Assembly: GCF_009914755.1 (NCBI RefSeq)
Contig: NC_060938.1
Reading direction: 5' to 3' (one strand)
DNA length: 64,000 bases
Origin: the human T2T-CHM13v2.0 reference genome, Homo sapiens
How positions within the stretch are numbered: position 1 is the stretch's first letter; the number at the start of each line of letters is the position of its first letter. Made by a program: the position numbers and the translations under genes. The notes beneath the pieces are model-generated. The model was not told where the DNA came from, searched no databases, and saw nothing but the letters and a program-made list of their open reading frames with translations. Shown here in pieces: positions 29,269 to 44,516 of this stretch.

Positions 29269-30340
29269 TGAAAACGGTCTTCAGAAAAGTCGTGGAAAAT
29301 GTGTATTAGGAAAAATATATATAGATGGATTTCAAAATATTTTTGCATCAAAATAAACCAACAGGATCTAGTTTGAAGCACTAAGGATAAAACATTAGTT
29401 TGGAAAGAACCCCTATGAGAGCAACATGAATTCTGAGAAAATAGAAGCAAGAACAAACCTCAAATTTATGGTGACGTGTGGATGGAAGAGTTAGGGTTGG
29501 CCCTAACTGAAGGGGGCTGAGAATCAACAGCTAAAACAGCTAACACCATAGACATTTCAATTGGTTCAGCATACACAATTCTGACTGAAAAATTAAAGTT
29601 GAGCAAATTCCACTCAATGGATGCCAGAACCATTGCACCCACATTGGCCATAGATGAGAGCAGAGCTTTCAATGAAAATTTTAAACAAGTGGGCTCAACA
29701 TCCTGAAACGTTTTCTTGAAGTATGATAAGAGGAGATGAAGCATGGCTTTACCAGTATAATCCTAAAGACAAAGCACAATCAAAGCAATGGATGCTAAGA
29801 GATGGAAGTGGTCCAATCAAAACAAAAGTGAACCAATTAAGTGCAAAGGTCATGACAACAGTTTTTTGGGGGATGTTCAAGGCATTTTGCTTGTTGACTT
29901 TCTGGAAGGCTAAAGAACAATAACATCTGCTTATAATGAGAGTTTTGAGAAAGTGATCCAAGGGTTTAGCTGAAAAACACCCAGGAAAGCTTCACCAGTG
30001 AGTCCTTCTCCACCATTACAATGAAATTTTGCCAGAGTTTCAGTGAAAAATTATTAGGCATCCACCTTAAATTTCTAACTTCGCTTCTTCTGGCTTCTTT
30101 TTGTTTCCTAATTTAATTTTTTTAAGGTCACCCAGTTTTCTTTAGTTAATAATGTAAGAAGATTGCATTGACAGGGTTAAATTCCCAGGACTCTCAGTTC
30201 TTTAGAAATAGACTAAATAGCTGGTATCATCATTTATAAAAGTGTCTTCAACTTGATGAGGTAATATTTAGAAATAAAGTTTCTATTTTTCATGTTTATC
30301 TTTTAATTCAATTTTTCACAAGCTTTTTGAAGCCCCCTTA
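29269..30340 (+). mobile_element. HSMAR2 mariner transposon with internal deletions (transposase pseudogene)
   Basis: Degenerate TIRs (GGTCTTCAGAAAAG / CTTTTTGAAGCCCC) flanked by TA; ATGAATTCTG..GAAGCAAGAACAAAC transposase start; ORF 29723-29923 GDEAWLYQYNPKDKAQSKQW..KVMTTVFW is the mariner catalytic region. Confidence 0.9.
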
Positions 30341-32074
30341 TATTCTACTTTAGTTGAGTTGGAATTATCAGAAATTCTGGACTACATAGTTCTTTTTCTC
30401 ACTAGAAATGTTTTTAGTTACATTTACATTCTAATCTGTTCCCTCTTTTTCGATCACCTCATGCAAGAATCTATCATCACTACTAAACACATCAGATTTT
30501 AAGTTCTCTTAATTGGCTTTTATAAAATTCCTGCTACAATAAAAAACCTGAAACTCTTGTTTTTCCTTAGACAAATCAACAATTAGTTACCTACTCTGCT
30601 TCCGTTATTTATACTAATCACCACATGTAAGCTTCTCTAATCTCTCCAGGAAGATTTTATATTTTGGAAGCACCAAAGCTATTCCCTTAATGCCAGCCAT
30701 TGTAATGAAAAAGTCTGGGGCAACTCTTCTAAGAGAAGATAAACAATTATTTATGTCACGTTTATTCTCTCTTTCCAAACACCAGGACTATTTAAAATAG
30801 CATGATATTGTCTCAGTTTTCAAATGGATTAGTTAAGTGTGAAAGAGTTGGTTTGATGATGATAATTCAATTCCATAAATGCTGCTTCTATCATCTTATC
30901 CCAGAGGTTCACACAGGCAACATCACACAGCTTAATCTTCTGAGATATTTAGCAGCAATGGGCAGATCAAAATTATTCAATACTTTTCTCTAATTTTCTA
31001 GAATATGGCTTGGATTTTTATTTAGAAGAGAAAAATATCTTAAAATATTTAATTTAAATCATATATAGTGGAATTTCCAGAAATGACTAAAACTTCTTTG
31101 GGCATTAAAAAACTGATTTATTAAAGTTATTTGTACATGCATGTTAAACAAGTACAGATAACAAAGCTTAAAAATAAACTAAAAATTTTTGAAAATATGC
31201 AGTTGTTTTTGAGAAGCAAGGATGAAATAAAAGCTCATAAGGAGGTGGTTACTGTAATTTATCTGTAGATAAAGCTGATTTAGTGCTTCAGGCTTGTATA
31301 CTTACCCTGAGGCACCAGTCTCACTAGGGAGGGAGAAAATTATGTCTTATATCTCAAGTTAATGGTTTAAAAGTACAAGATTCTCAAAGAAGCATTCAAG
31401 GATTTTTAGATCATTATTGTTTTATGGATGGAAAGTAATAAATGCAATTTTAAACTCAAAGTTTAATTTCTGTAAGAATACTTTTGAACTTGCTAATATT
31501 TTCTATTAAGTCAAATAACATTGGATAGTACATGAAGTCTTGATATAGATCTGGTATTTTAAAAAATTAAAAAAAAATGCCACTAGTAATAGCAAGTCAG
31601 TGACTTTATTATTACTGATATAAATAAATTATGGATAAATCTAAATTTGCAGTCAACTACAAGCTATTTTCTATTTTTACAACTCAAAATTGTAGTTCAA
31701 ATTAAATTTGTTAATCTATAAGTCAAAATATAAAATTTGGTATTTGATTAAATAATATTTTGCTAAAAATGAGCAAAATATTGATATATTAGGCTGATCA
31801 TTCCTTCTACGCTCATACAGAGATGATGCTTGACCATACCTTTTTTTTTAAAAAAAGTCATGACCTCTTTTTCTTTAACGTCAAAAGCCCAATTGATACA
31901 CCTTTTGCTTACTTTTCTAGGCTTATATAAACCCATCCTTTATCCCTCTACGTCCTTCTCTTCACATAATTCCAACTAATGTAAGTCCTATTAGCCACCT
32001 TTGAAATATGCTTAAATATTTCTTGTTCAATAAGGTTCAGTTAACACAATATGCACTAAATCATAATAATAAAA

Positions 32075-32270
32075 TTTTTAATAATAATAAAATAACATGT
32101 AATGAATATTAAGCTCCAGGCAGTATGTGAAATGCTATATATTCTTCATTCAATTTTAATACAACAATCCTGTGAGTTAAATAGTATTATTCGTGTTTTA
32201 CAAATAAGAAGACGAAGCTTAGAGAAGTTGAGTAACTTGCTCAAGGTCATAAAGCCAATAATTGCCAGAT
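32075..32270 (-). mobile_element. MIR fragment
   Basis: ACAACAATCCTGTGAG..TATTATT..TTTTACAAATAAG..GCTTAGAGAAGTTGAGTAACTTGCTCAAGGTCA. Confidence 0.7.
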
Positions 32271-33174
32271 TTGTTATTCAAAAAAATAATTGCCAGATTT
32301 GTTATTGTAACTACTATGTTAGATTGCCTTTCCATATTAAGAATGAAGCAAGGTGCCAAATTGAACTCTATGAGCACTCAGATCTTGTCTGTTTACTTCA
32401 TCTTTGTAGTTTTCATGTCATTAAATAGTGTGTGTTACTCAATAGACATTTGTAGAATTAATAAGAGTATCCATTAATTGAGTCTAAAATTTTCGATCAT
32501 ATGAAAACCCAAAATCCTATGTATCCAAAAACAGAAATTATAGATTGTGGTATATTTTTGTTTTCTTTTCTCTAGTTCATCTCCTTAAAGCAATCTTACT
32601 CCAATAATAACATCTGCTCCCAAGATTTCGCTTGCCTTTGTTCTCTGTTTCAGCTTTGAGCAGACCCTCATTGCCTTATGTTTCTTAAACAGTCATTTAA
32701 ATTTCATTCCCTGTCATTTTATTCATGGGCAGAGATCTGTAATCTTTCACAAGTCACTTAGCACTTAGCCTTCTTAATAAGGGGACACAGAAAATAATAT
32801 TATATATGTAGATTTTTGAAGGTTTGTTCACCTGAGGTAGTATGAAAATCTCTTGGTTCACTGAAGAATGTATCAGTGAAGCCCCTGTCATCCTCTGTAC
32901 ACAACTGAAGGACCATTCCTTGAATTCCTGCATGGAAAGAGAGAAATTAGTGAAGGAAGCATTATAGAGAAGAAAACCTTTTCCAGTGTAGTGAGCACAC
33001 TGTGGTATACTGAGCCTTCAAGTACAATTATTGAAATTAACAGAAATCTATGCCTGAAGATTCTTTTCTCATTGTTTCTATTTTCCCCATTTTTCTCCTT
33101 TCTTTTGTCTTTCCTTTGTTTCAAAATAATTTATTTGCTTATTCTGACTTCCTGGGAATGTAACCACAGATCAT

Positions 33175-33188
33175 TCTCTCCACCCCTG

Positions 33189-33228
<40 letters not shown>

Positions 33229-33306
33229 TTTCTCTCTCTCTTTCTCCTCTGCTCTCCCGTCATCTCTCTCTCATTCTCTTTCTCACACTGTCTCTCTCTC
33301 ATCTCT
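33175..33306. repeat. (CT)n microsatellite with TC-rich tail
   Basis: Pure (CT) run at about 33190-33224 followed by degenerate TC repeats. Confidence 0.92.
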
Positions 33307-34692
33307 ATTTTCCAAGTACTTTGAGCTACTTTTAGACTTAAATTAACAAATCCAACACTCTACAAAATTAAATCTGGTTAACTTTTCTAACTGGCTTTAT
33401 GAATAGCAATTGTAAGCATCAAAAATTAATGTAATAATATTTCTTTCATTCTATATTAATTATCAAAATCAAAATTCAGCTCTACAGAAGAAATCACCCA
33501 ATAACTAAAAATCATTTGGACTTATTTTTTAAACAAAATTTAACAAAATCTATATAATTGTCTATTGGTCTTAGTTCTACAACAATGTTTAAAGTTATTC
33601 CCCAGAACTTAATGATTCATTTTCTTTGCTCTCTTAATCAATTATCTGCTTACCAAAACATCTACTGAGAATCTTGTTGATTTATATATTCTAGGTCAAC
33701 CAATATTTATAGCACTGAGGAAAAACATTATTTCTGAGTTTGACTTACTGTCTAGCTTCTCCCAAATATCTGTGGCTACTAGTAGCACAAAAAATGCTTT
33801 GTAAAAGAACATGATTATTGTATTTTTAAATAACTTATCGGTTGAGGTATAGATAGATAGATAGAAGCATTCATATACTAGCTTAAATATTGTTATGCAA
33901 TATAATTATCCTTGAATAATACTTTTTATTTTTTTCATTCTTTTTTTTCTACAAAAGTTTCCATATCATTTGAAATGAGGAGGTTAGGTCCCTTTTTTCT
34001 CACTCTCGACCTCTTACTTGCTTGGTTAAGTACTACAGTTCAATTTGAAACAAAAGTTGAAATACTTACAATAAAAGTGCAAATAATTGGTCTGTTTGCT
34101 CTTAAATCCATTGCTTGGACCACTAGAACTTTACAGAATGTCTGTGATAATCATTTGACTCTCATTTGCCATTGGTCAAGGATTATCCCAAAGATGTAAT
34201 ATCTTTCATTAATCTGGACCTATGCAAGAGATTTACACACTCACACAAGCATCTGTAATTTCAGAGCAAGCATGGACAGAAAATTGAGATATCAGGCATT
34301 GTGCTTGAGGCAAGACATTATCAGAGAACAATGAGGCGAATCCAATGCAGAACTGTCTATCCTATCCCTAGATAAAATTAGGGTTGTAACCACGGGGATG
34401 TAAGCCAGAGTACCCAACATGTCTAATACATTTATAACAAGATTTCTGATAGATATGCTTTATAAGATAAAGAAAATTTACTTCTATTTTTGTTTTGCTA
34501 AGATTAATTTTCTGTTAAAAAAATGATTTTTTTTAAGAATTTTTTTTCTGTGCCAACTGGGAGTATTATTCATCTTTTTCATTTAGTCTATTAGTGTGGT
34601 ATAATTTAATGATAGGTTTTCTCATGTCATATCATCTTTGCATTACTAGGTTAAAACCAATAGGTTTATAATACACACGAAGACACACACAG

Positions 34693-34778
34693 TTATGTTG
34701 GTGCAAAAGTAATTGTGGTTTTTGCCATTACTTTTACTTTTTTGCCATTACTTTAACTTTTTTGCCATTACTTTCAAT
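34693..34778. mobile_element. Half MADE1 (Hsmar1 MITE) followed by a triplicated 20-mer
   Basis: TTATGTTGGTGCAAAAGTAATTGTGGTTTTTGCCATTACTTT is the left arm of MADE1; the right arm is absent. Confidence 0.85.
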
Positions 34779-34837
34779 ATACAAGGCTTGATAAAATTTT
34801 TAAAGGACTTTTGCATTCCAACATTCAAAAATTAGAT

Positions 34838-35274
34838 TATATTAGGTAGAATTATTGCCACTCCCCTCCCACCACCAAAGATATCCATGACTTAATCGTC
34901 AGAACCTGTTAATATGTTGCTTTCATGCCAAGGGAACTTTGCAGATGTGATTTGGTTAAGGACCTTGAAATTGGGAGGTTATTCTGGATTACCCAGGTGG
35001 GCCCAATCAAATTACATATGTCCTTAACAGGGAACAACTTTGTCCAGCTCTTGTCAGAAGGAAATGTTACTGTGGGATAATAGAAAGAAAATGTGCTGGC
35101 TTTATAAACAAAAGAATGGGGCTACCACCCAAGGAATGTGAATGATTTCTAGAATCAAGAAAAGACAAGGAGATAAATTCTCTCCTGGAGGCTCCAGAAA
35201 GGAGAGCAGCCCTGAAACACCTTGAGTTTAGCCCAGTGAGACCCATGGCAACTTTGTGACTTCCAGAACTGTAG
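34838..35274 (+). mobile_element. MLT1D-like LTR, 3'-truncated
   Basis: CCAAAGATATCCA..GAACCTGT.AATATGTT..ACTTTGCAGATGTGATT..CTGGATTACCCAGGTGGGCCC..TTAGCCCAGTGAGACCCAT..CCAGAACTGTA. Confidence 0.82.
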
Positions 35275-35562
35275 TTTATACTTATATTGTATATACTTAT
35301 TCTGACTTAAGTATTGTGTTAGATAACCTTTCTTCTTAAGCCAGTGTCTGAAAAAGTTTGCATTTCATTGAGGTTATTTTTTCCTTAACAGTTTTGTAAA
35401 CCCATCTGTAACACCAGGTGGCAGGAGTAATTGGATTTATTTTATAATTTAATTTATTCTATGATTGCTAATTTATTCAGAAATTATATTTTCTTATGAT
35501 TGATTTTTCTTAAGACCCACCCATGATCAATCATACCATGTTTTAAAATTTAATATTCTTTG

Positions 35563-35565
<3 letters not shown>

Positions 35566-35609
<44 letters not shown>
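35566..35609. repeat. (AT)22 microsatellite
   Basis: Uninterrupted AT dinucleotide run. Confidence 0.95.
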
Positions 35610-35612
<3 letters not shown>

Positions 35613-36027
35613 AAATGAAATAAGCCAGGCACAGAAAGACCTATATCACACAATCCCACTCATAGGCCAAATCTAAAAATGTTGACCTCCTAGAAGTAGA
35701 GAGTAGAATGGAGTAGAATGGTGATTACCACAGCTGGAGTGATTGAGGGGTGGAGATTGGGGCAGATGTTGGTCAAAGAAGACAACATTTCTGTTGAATA
35801 GCAAAAGAGTAAGTTAAGGAGATCTATATAAAACAGGGTGATTATAGTTAATACTATATTAAATTCTTAGAATATGCTTAGAGAGTGAATGTGACATGTT
35901 CTCACCGCAAAAATGATCACTACGTGAGATGATGCACATGGTAACTGATTTAGTTATTCCACAATGTATATATACTTCAAAACATTACACTATATAGAGT
36001 AAATACATACAATTTTATCTGTCAATT
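35608..36027 (+). mobile_element. L1MA6-8-like 3' end
   Basis: GTTAAATGAAATAAGCCAGGCACAGAAAGAC..GAGTAGAATGG..ATTCCACAATGTATATATACTTCAAAACAT..AATTTTATCTGTCAATT. Confidence 0.82.
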
Positions 36028-36028
36028 T

Positions 36029-37475
<1,447 letters not shown>

Positions 37476-38699
37476 GTCAATTTATTTTTTAAAAAGTGCT
37501 AAGAATTTATGAGAAATAGATGTTAGATGTTAGCTAACATTTTTTCTACATGTAACAAGATGATCATATGGTCTCTTAATATGGGTAATTACAGGGATTG
37601 AGTTACAATATTAAATAAGACTTGCATTTGGAGGATTAAAAAGTCTAATATTCTCTTTCATTATTATTTATTCATTTTTTTCATTTTGTCTTGAGCAATT
37701 TTACTAAAAGCAACTCAATTTTATTAGGTGTCTTTCTGTTTGTCTTAAAAAGCAGCTTTTGATTTTGATTGTCCTCTCAATGATTTCTAGTTTCTCTCTT
37801 ATTAAGAATTAAACTTTTTCTTTCTCCTAATTTCTTTAGGCTAACTCTGTTAAAATGGTTCTAGTAAATTGAATTCACTCATTTTCAAACTTTTTTTGCT
37901 AAGTCATTAATGCCATAAATATATATTTTATTCTATTTCAGAATTTTGACAAATGGTAAATTCCTTTTCATCAGTCATAAATATTAAATTATTTCTACCA
38001 TAATTTTATCTTAACTCATGTGAGTTAATACATATATTTATGTATAAAAATACATAAGATTTAATCCTTTAAAATATTTTTATATTATGGTAAAAATATG
38101 GATTAATGTTATAAATTTTTGGAAATGTGATAAAACTGCCTTTAAACCTACAATATGGTCAAATTTTGGAAATGTTGAAAAGGACACTTAAAATAAATAT
38201 ATTTTTATTCTGTATTTGTTGCAAGCAGAGTACTTTATACATCTTTTAGATAAAACTTTTTAACATAGTCTATATCCTCATTAATTTTTGTCTTCCTAAT
38301 CCTTTCTTTTATTAAAAAATACATATCAACATATCTGCTATGATTATGCATTTTTAAAATCTTGTATTTCTCTCTGTTTTCACTGTTTATAATGTGAGAC
38401 TTTCCAAGTTCACAAAGGTTCCATCTTCCTGTAATAGTGTTTTTTTTTATTTTTGCACTATGTATTTTTTTATATTTATTACCCTTTTATTTTAAATACT
38501 AAATTGTATAAAATTAATATAGTTTATGTATTGATTCAGATTAGAATTTTAACATTTTTATACTTCATTTCTCTATTCAACCTTCAAAAAATAATGATAT
38601 TTTAGTTTGACTTTTCTCAGGATTTGAGGAGTAGGTTCTGGACTACCCTCACGACTTGATGAACAGGGCTATACTGTAGCTTTGGGCAAGATTGAAACA

Positions 38700-40420
38700 G
38701 TAAAACTTTTTCACCAGCTCTTTCTAAACTCTCTAGTGAAAGACCATATTTCAGATTTCACTGAAAACAAATAGACTATAAAGCATGGATTTCCTTAATC
38801 TCTTACTCTGCATAAAAAGTTACGTCTCTGTCCATCGTTATTTCTTTCTCTGGAAACCAAAGAATCCTGTCTTCTGTTTGAGGCTAATCCTTTCACCTGT
38901 GTTTCTGATACTAATCTCCTGTATCACAGGTACTTGTGCCGTTAGCCACCCACCATGCTTTCTCTTGTATGTGTAACTTTTCCCTCTCTACTCACTTATT
39001 TCCCAATAGAATATGTGCAAATATCGCATGTCCTCTACAACATTCCAGTGACTCTGTCCTCTACTATCCACCCTATGACGTAATATCATCTCTCCTTTTG
39101 CAGACAAGCTCCTATATCATATCCAATATATCACCTCCCTCTCAATCCTACAAAATCTCAGCTTATGTTTTTTTGAAGTACACTAAAATTGTTTGGCACA
39201 ATTTTTCTATATTTCTCTACTTCCGAATCCAATGCTTTATTAGGTTCTTATCAAGAAACATCTCTGAAATATTGATATTTTGATATTCTCATTTCACTTG
39301 GCCTCTGGGATGACACTATTTTCTGAGTTTCATACTTCTTCCCTCTCTCTCAGTATTACCACTGCTATCATCCCCATACCCCCATGCCCAATCAAATGTC
39401 TGTCTTTGGGTTCTTATCTTACATCCGCTTTTTGTTGATCAAATTTTATTATGTAAACTCTTATTTACATTCAAATGACTCCTAGGTCCATATTTCTGGC
39501 TTAGTTCTCACTTTTAAGTTTCTAGGAAAAGTATTTTGCTTGTTTCAAAAGGAATTAAAAGCCCATGTTTGTTGAACTACTTTATATTTGTGATGGGAAA
39601 AAAATTGAAAAGAAAATAAAGGAAATGGTTTTTGGTGTCAGATGATAGCAGAGTACACTAGTGAAGCAATTTGAGCTCTACTCAGTAGGTAATGAAAAAT
39701 CATCAAATGTTTTCTGAAAAAGAGTGATTTTATGGATAATGTACTTTGGAGAAAGTAATGTATCATTCTATGGTAGACAAATTAGAGAGAGATAGAAGAG
39801 AATAGAGATGGGGAGAAGTTAGAATAAAAAATTAGCATAAGAAATTGATGACCTAAAGTAGGATATCAAATAAAAAGAAAATGTAAATGGATAAAAGATC
39901 TCATGGGGTTTATAAAATGCATTATAAAATGATCTATGAATATTGGAGTGTGAGAAAAAATAAAAAGAGAGAAAGTATGGTGTTAAATTATGCAATGTGG
40001 CTGAATAGGAAAATAACACACCCATAGGAAAAAGGGTTAATTCATTTTGTCTCATTTTTAAGGTACCAGTTAGACATCTCTGTGAAAAAAAATTTGTAGG
40101 CATTTAAAAAAGCAGTTCTAATATTCAAAGGAGAAGTCATGCTAAGGACAAAAATGAGGAAGCTACTCAGGCTGATGATGAATGTTTTATAAATGAAGAA
40201 AGTCCTCTAGAGACAGTTTTTAGAGAAAGTGCATTGGAGATAGACTCCTCAAAAGTGACTGCATTTGTGTATAGATAAAAATGAGTAGTTGATATCAGTG
40301 AAAATACAGAAGTAATCACAGAAAAAAAGAGAACACAGCATTAGGGAAGCTAAGAGAAGAGAGAGCTCCAGGAAGTAGATTATGGTCAACAGATATGAAA
40401 GTTGCAGAAAGGCCAATGCA
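38700..40420. mobile_element. Highly degenerate L2 segments (plus about 38700-39540, minus about 39600-40420)
   Basis: Pyrimidine-rich then purine-rich tracts with L2-like words (AGGCTAATCCTT..CACCTGTG, TGGCCTCTGGGATGACAC, TGTGGCTGAATAGG..TTAGACATC). Confidence 0.45.
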
Positions 40421-43400
40421 TCAGAGATTTTTTTTAAAAAAGGCACTTTGGTTATATAGCGAATTTGGGCAACATAGAGTACACATTTTTTCATTTATTC
40501 AAAACATACCACTGAAGGTTCATGAGAGTGGAGCAACAGCTCTTTCCTATTGCAGATTAGCACCACGGCAGGCAAGGGGCACTCAGTAAGGTTTGTGCCC
40601 TCTATTTGAAAAGTCTAGTAGACATTGGAAATAAGCCAAGTTTACTGCCCTTAAGGATGTCCTAATTGGCTTGCAATGGCTACTACTTTTGAAGGTAGAA
40701 ATATCTATGTAGCCTAATCAATGAACTCAAGTGTATATCTACTGTAACAAAAGGAGAGTTTTCAGTAAAAAACTGAGCTCGGCTTAGGCATGAGAAGAGA
40801 GTGGGTAGGTAGGTAGGAATCAGATCACGAAAAACATTTTACACTCTGCAATGGGGACCAGTATCTTAAGGAGGATAACCATAATGCAGGAGAATATTTT
40901 AAATTCTTAACAATATTCACCTATTACTTTCTCAAATTTGCCTGTCCTTTTTCAAGCAGAAACATATTCTGTACAAATTGCCAATGTAAAAAAAGAGTGA
41001 CTTCACTGCCTAGAGTAGTAAAGAAGCAGCAATTTCCCAGAAACAAACAAGGCTACTTGATGTGTTTAAAAGTTGGGGCCCCAGATAGTGTTAGGGAGAT
41101 TCTCTGTGCCCTGCATGACACAGAGTAGCAGAATGATTTCTGAGTGTTTAAGAATAGAACAGATGTACTCAGAGCTACTAGGCCTAAAAGGACCAAGTAG
41201 TCAGGGTCCTGAAGCACCTCTAATGTAACCTGTCTGGGCAGACAACACAGAAGATACGCCTACCTGAAATAGTTTAGCCTGCATGTAAGTAATATCAATT
41301 TATGTATTTCAACTTGATCTTTTCCTTCGAGTTGCAAACAGCTTCAGTTCTTTCAATTTTGACTCTACATGTGTTCTTGAAAGCATTTCAAAATCAGGAT
41401 CATGAATTCCCAATAATTTTGGTTGCTATATTTACTTTTTTTTTTTAACCACTGCATGTTACTTAATATTAGAAACAACAAGAAAGTCTCTCAGCATAAG
41501 GGATATTTCAGCACAACACAACCGGACAGCTAACTAAGATTATGTTTTGACCTATTGAAAAGAAACAATGGATATTAAAATATCTCTAATTCAATTATGT
41601 AATATATATATATTCTTCTGTACTCTTTTACAGTACAATATTAAAGTACTTGCATGCAAATTATATATTATGAGATTTAACTGAATAAAAGCCAAATTAA
41701 AAATCTTAAAGTTAATACTGAAAAGACATTCTCTGTAAAAGATGGCCTAATATTGAGTTAAAAATGTCTTTGACACATTAGGAAAACTTTGATCCCTTTT
41801 TTCCTTATTATGACTTCCTTCACATCTGAAGATATAGTGCAAGTTGATAATGTATTATAAAATAACCTTCACAAATGTATAATAATGACTGTCTAGAACA
41901 GATTATGGTATTATGGATTACTCAATGAATAATGATAGGTTTTAATGAAAAGAAATAGTGAAACTTGTTTGACCCTGCCACTTCTACATGTCCTTCCGGA
42001 GAGTCACAGTAATAGCTCAGTCCATTCATTCTCTATAATTTAAAAATTTCTGATTTTAGCATCTTTATAACTGCAAGGGGATTAAAAAAACTCTGGAAAA
42101 TTTAATCTAGTTAATAAAATTAAGTTAAATGGTGAGGCAAAGCGGTAAAATTTCAGAGACAATATTTTAATTAGAACCTGGTTTATCTGTAATGCCAACC
42201 ACACGTGGAAATGGAGAACCTGCCTATATATTATTCTAACAAAATCGTGTTACAAAAATCTTTACCAAAATAACTAAAATAATAGTTGTTTTCCTAGAAA
42301 ACATTTTTAGTGTTATTTAAACAGAGAGAAGCTAAAATAGCTAGACAAAATTCAATGTGTTTGGAAGAAATATGTTTGTAGGACTAAATAATCAATGCGA
42401 GTTTGTCAATTTACTAAAATATCAATTTGAATGAATTGAGTATAGTTTGAGATCATAGGATCATGTAGATTTTCCTACAGTCAAAGATATTAATGAATTT
42501 TTAAGTCGTAGCAAACATTTTTATTTGCTACGCTTATTTTACCAAAATAGAACTAGGTAAATCAAGATTGGCAAATTTCACATTAATACTTTTATACGGT
42601 GTTTTAAAAGTTAAAAACTGTCAGATACATTCCATGTGTATGATCTGCCTGAACAAAAGTGCTAAAGTAGACTGACTTAGGTTAACTTTCCTTTCCGAAA
42701 AGAATTAATAATTTTTTTGTTTGTTACAATAAAGACTGATTCATATTTTAGCTTTCAATGTCATATTGCCAATACCCAATTTTTATTGTCTCGTCTACTA
42801 TAAAGCATGTCCTCTTCTTTTCAAGTTCAAAAGGGCACTGTGATGAACCTTGCATTGCATCAGCTCATGATCATTTTTCTGTCAACATCTATCACAATAT
42901 CACAGAAAGAATGTCTTTCCTACAGTCACCTCAGTGAGACGATTATATAATCAGCACTTACTATGACTGAACATCACTGCTCAAAATTGCATTTATCAGA
43001 AAAATAAAAAAGATAGGTTTGCCTGTTCTGATTAATAATGTGCAATAAGATATATATGACAGGCAATTACTTTTTAAAAGAAGCTCTCATTTAAAAGCAA
43101 ATTTGCTGAATTATCCAAAAGCATCAATAAATAGTGAGAGTAGAACAAATGTGGGTCAACTTCAAACCTGAATTTAAATGTTGCTTTATAGTTTCATAAA
43201 GCCAGTGGGATTTTTATGACTTCAGAGAAAAGGGATTTTTTTTTGATAATTTCATGGGGAAATTGACAGAGCAAAATTAACTACTTTATGAACCGCAAAT
43301 AGACAAGATGAACAAACTCTGAGGGGTAGAAATACTTAAGAGATTATATTCTAAGAAAACTGAAAGAGGAGTCTACGAAACATAGTCAACTTGCCAAGTG

Positions 43401-44516
43401 AATATTCTATGGCAGAGATGGAAAATCACTGTCATTCCGTCTCCACTGCTCATATTTTAGGTGACCTGAACATGCTGAGTCTTGACATTAGACTGTCCTG
43501 AGATCAATTTTGTGCTCTGCTGCTTTCTTACTAGTGCTGTGACACTGTGACTATAATTTACATTGCTCATGCTTTAGTTTTATCTTCCTCAAATGATGCA
43601 AGCTTGATGGGTGGATTAAGCTAATTTTACAAGTATATATCATCATGCCTCATGATTTCTAATTTTATGATAGTAATAATGGATATGAAAATGGTTTAAA
43701 CAATAGTATTAATGAGGCTATTTTAGAATCTCTGGTCTCATGTCAAAGAACTCCCTTTGTGACTGGTAAAGAAAACTTTAAAATCCTATCAACATATTCA
43801 CGGCAATACCTTCAATAGTTGTAACTGTTTATAAAAATGGATGATTACTACTGTGATAGTTAGTAATATACATAAAGATCTTTGTTTAATTCTTAAAAAA
43901 GTTTTAGAATGGGGTAAAATCTATTGAAGTAGTTATCGAAGGAAACTAAACCCAGAAGTTCTTGACGTAAATTAAAATTCAGTTTTACTAATGGTCCTAC
44001 ATGTGGCTACAACTATGAAAGTACTATGGAAATCTAATAAACTGCTTTTCATCAAAGAAATAATAAAAAAGGGGGCCTTCGTGACACCATGAGAAAATTA
44101 GAAAAGACAAAAAATGTTTTATTTAAAAGTAAAACAATACAACTCTCACTCCACTTAGCACTCATTAAAATCCCTGTCCTTTACTAGATAATTTAAAAGC
44201 AAATTATCTACACATAATATTGATTATACATCACTGTCCTTAATATGTAGATGCAAACTAAACTTGATCTTCTCTGCTGATTAGGTTTGAGAAGAAATTA
44301 GTTGCCACATCAATGATCATATATGAAGAACTAGAAGTTTTGTGTTTTATCTGCTCCAATAAAGATTCAAAATGCAACTGTAATTAGGGCTATCACCTGG
44401 TTATTTATATGGTAGTCTACCTTCATTATTCAAGATCTATTTAGTTTCTTGGTAGCACTAATCTCTGAATTCTTTCCTTCTTGGCAATGCTGTTTATTTT
44501 TTAATATTTTATTTTC

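Noticed and set aside
32991-33335. 114-aa hydrophobic Leu/Ser-rich ORF
   Set aside because: Produced by a T-rich tract and the (CT)n microsatellite.
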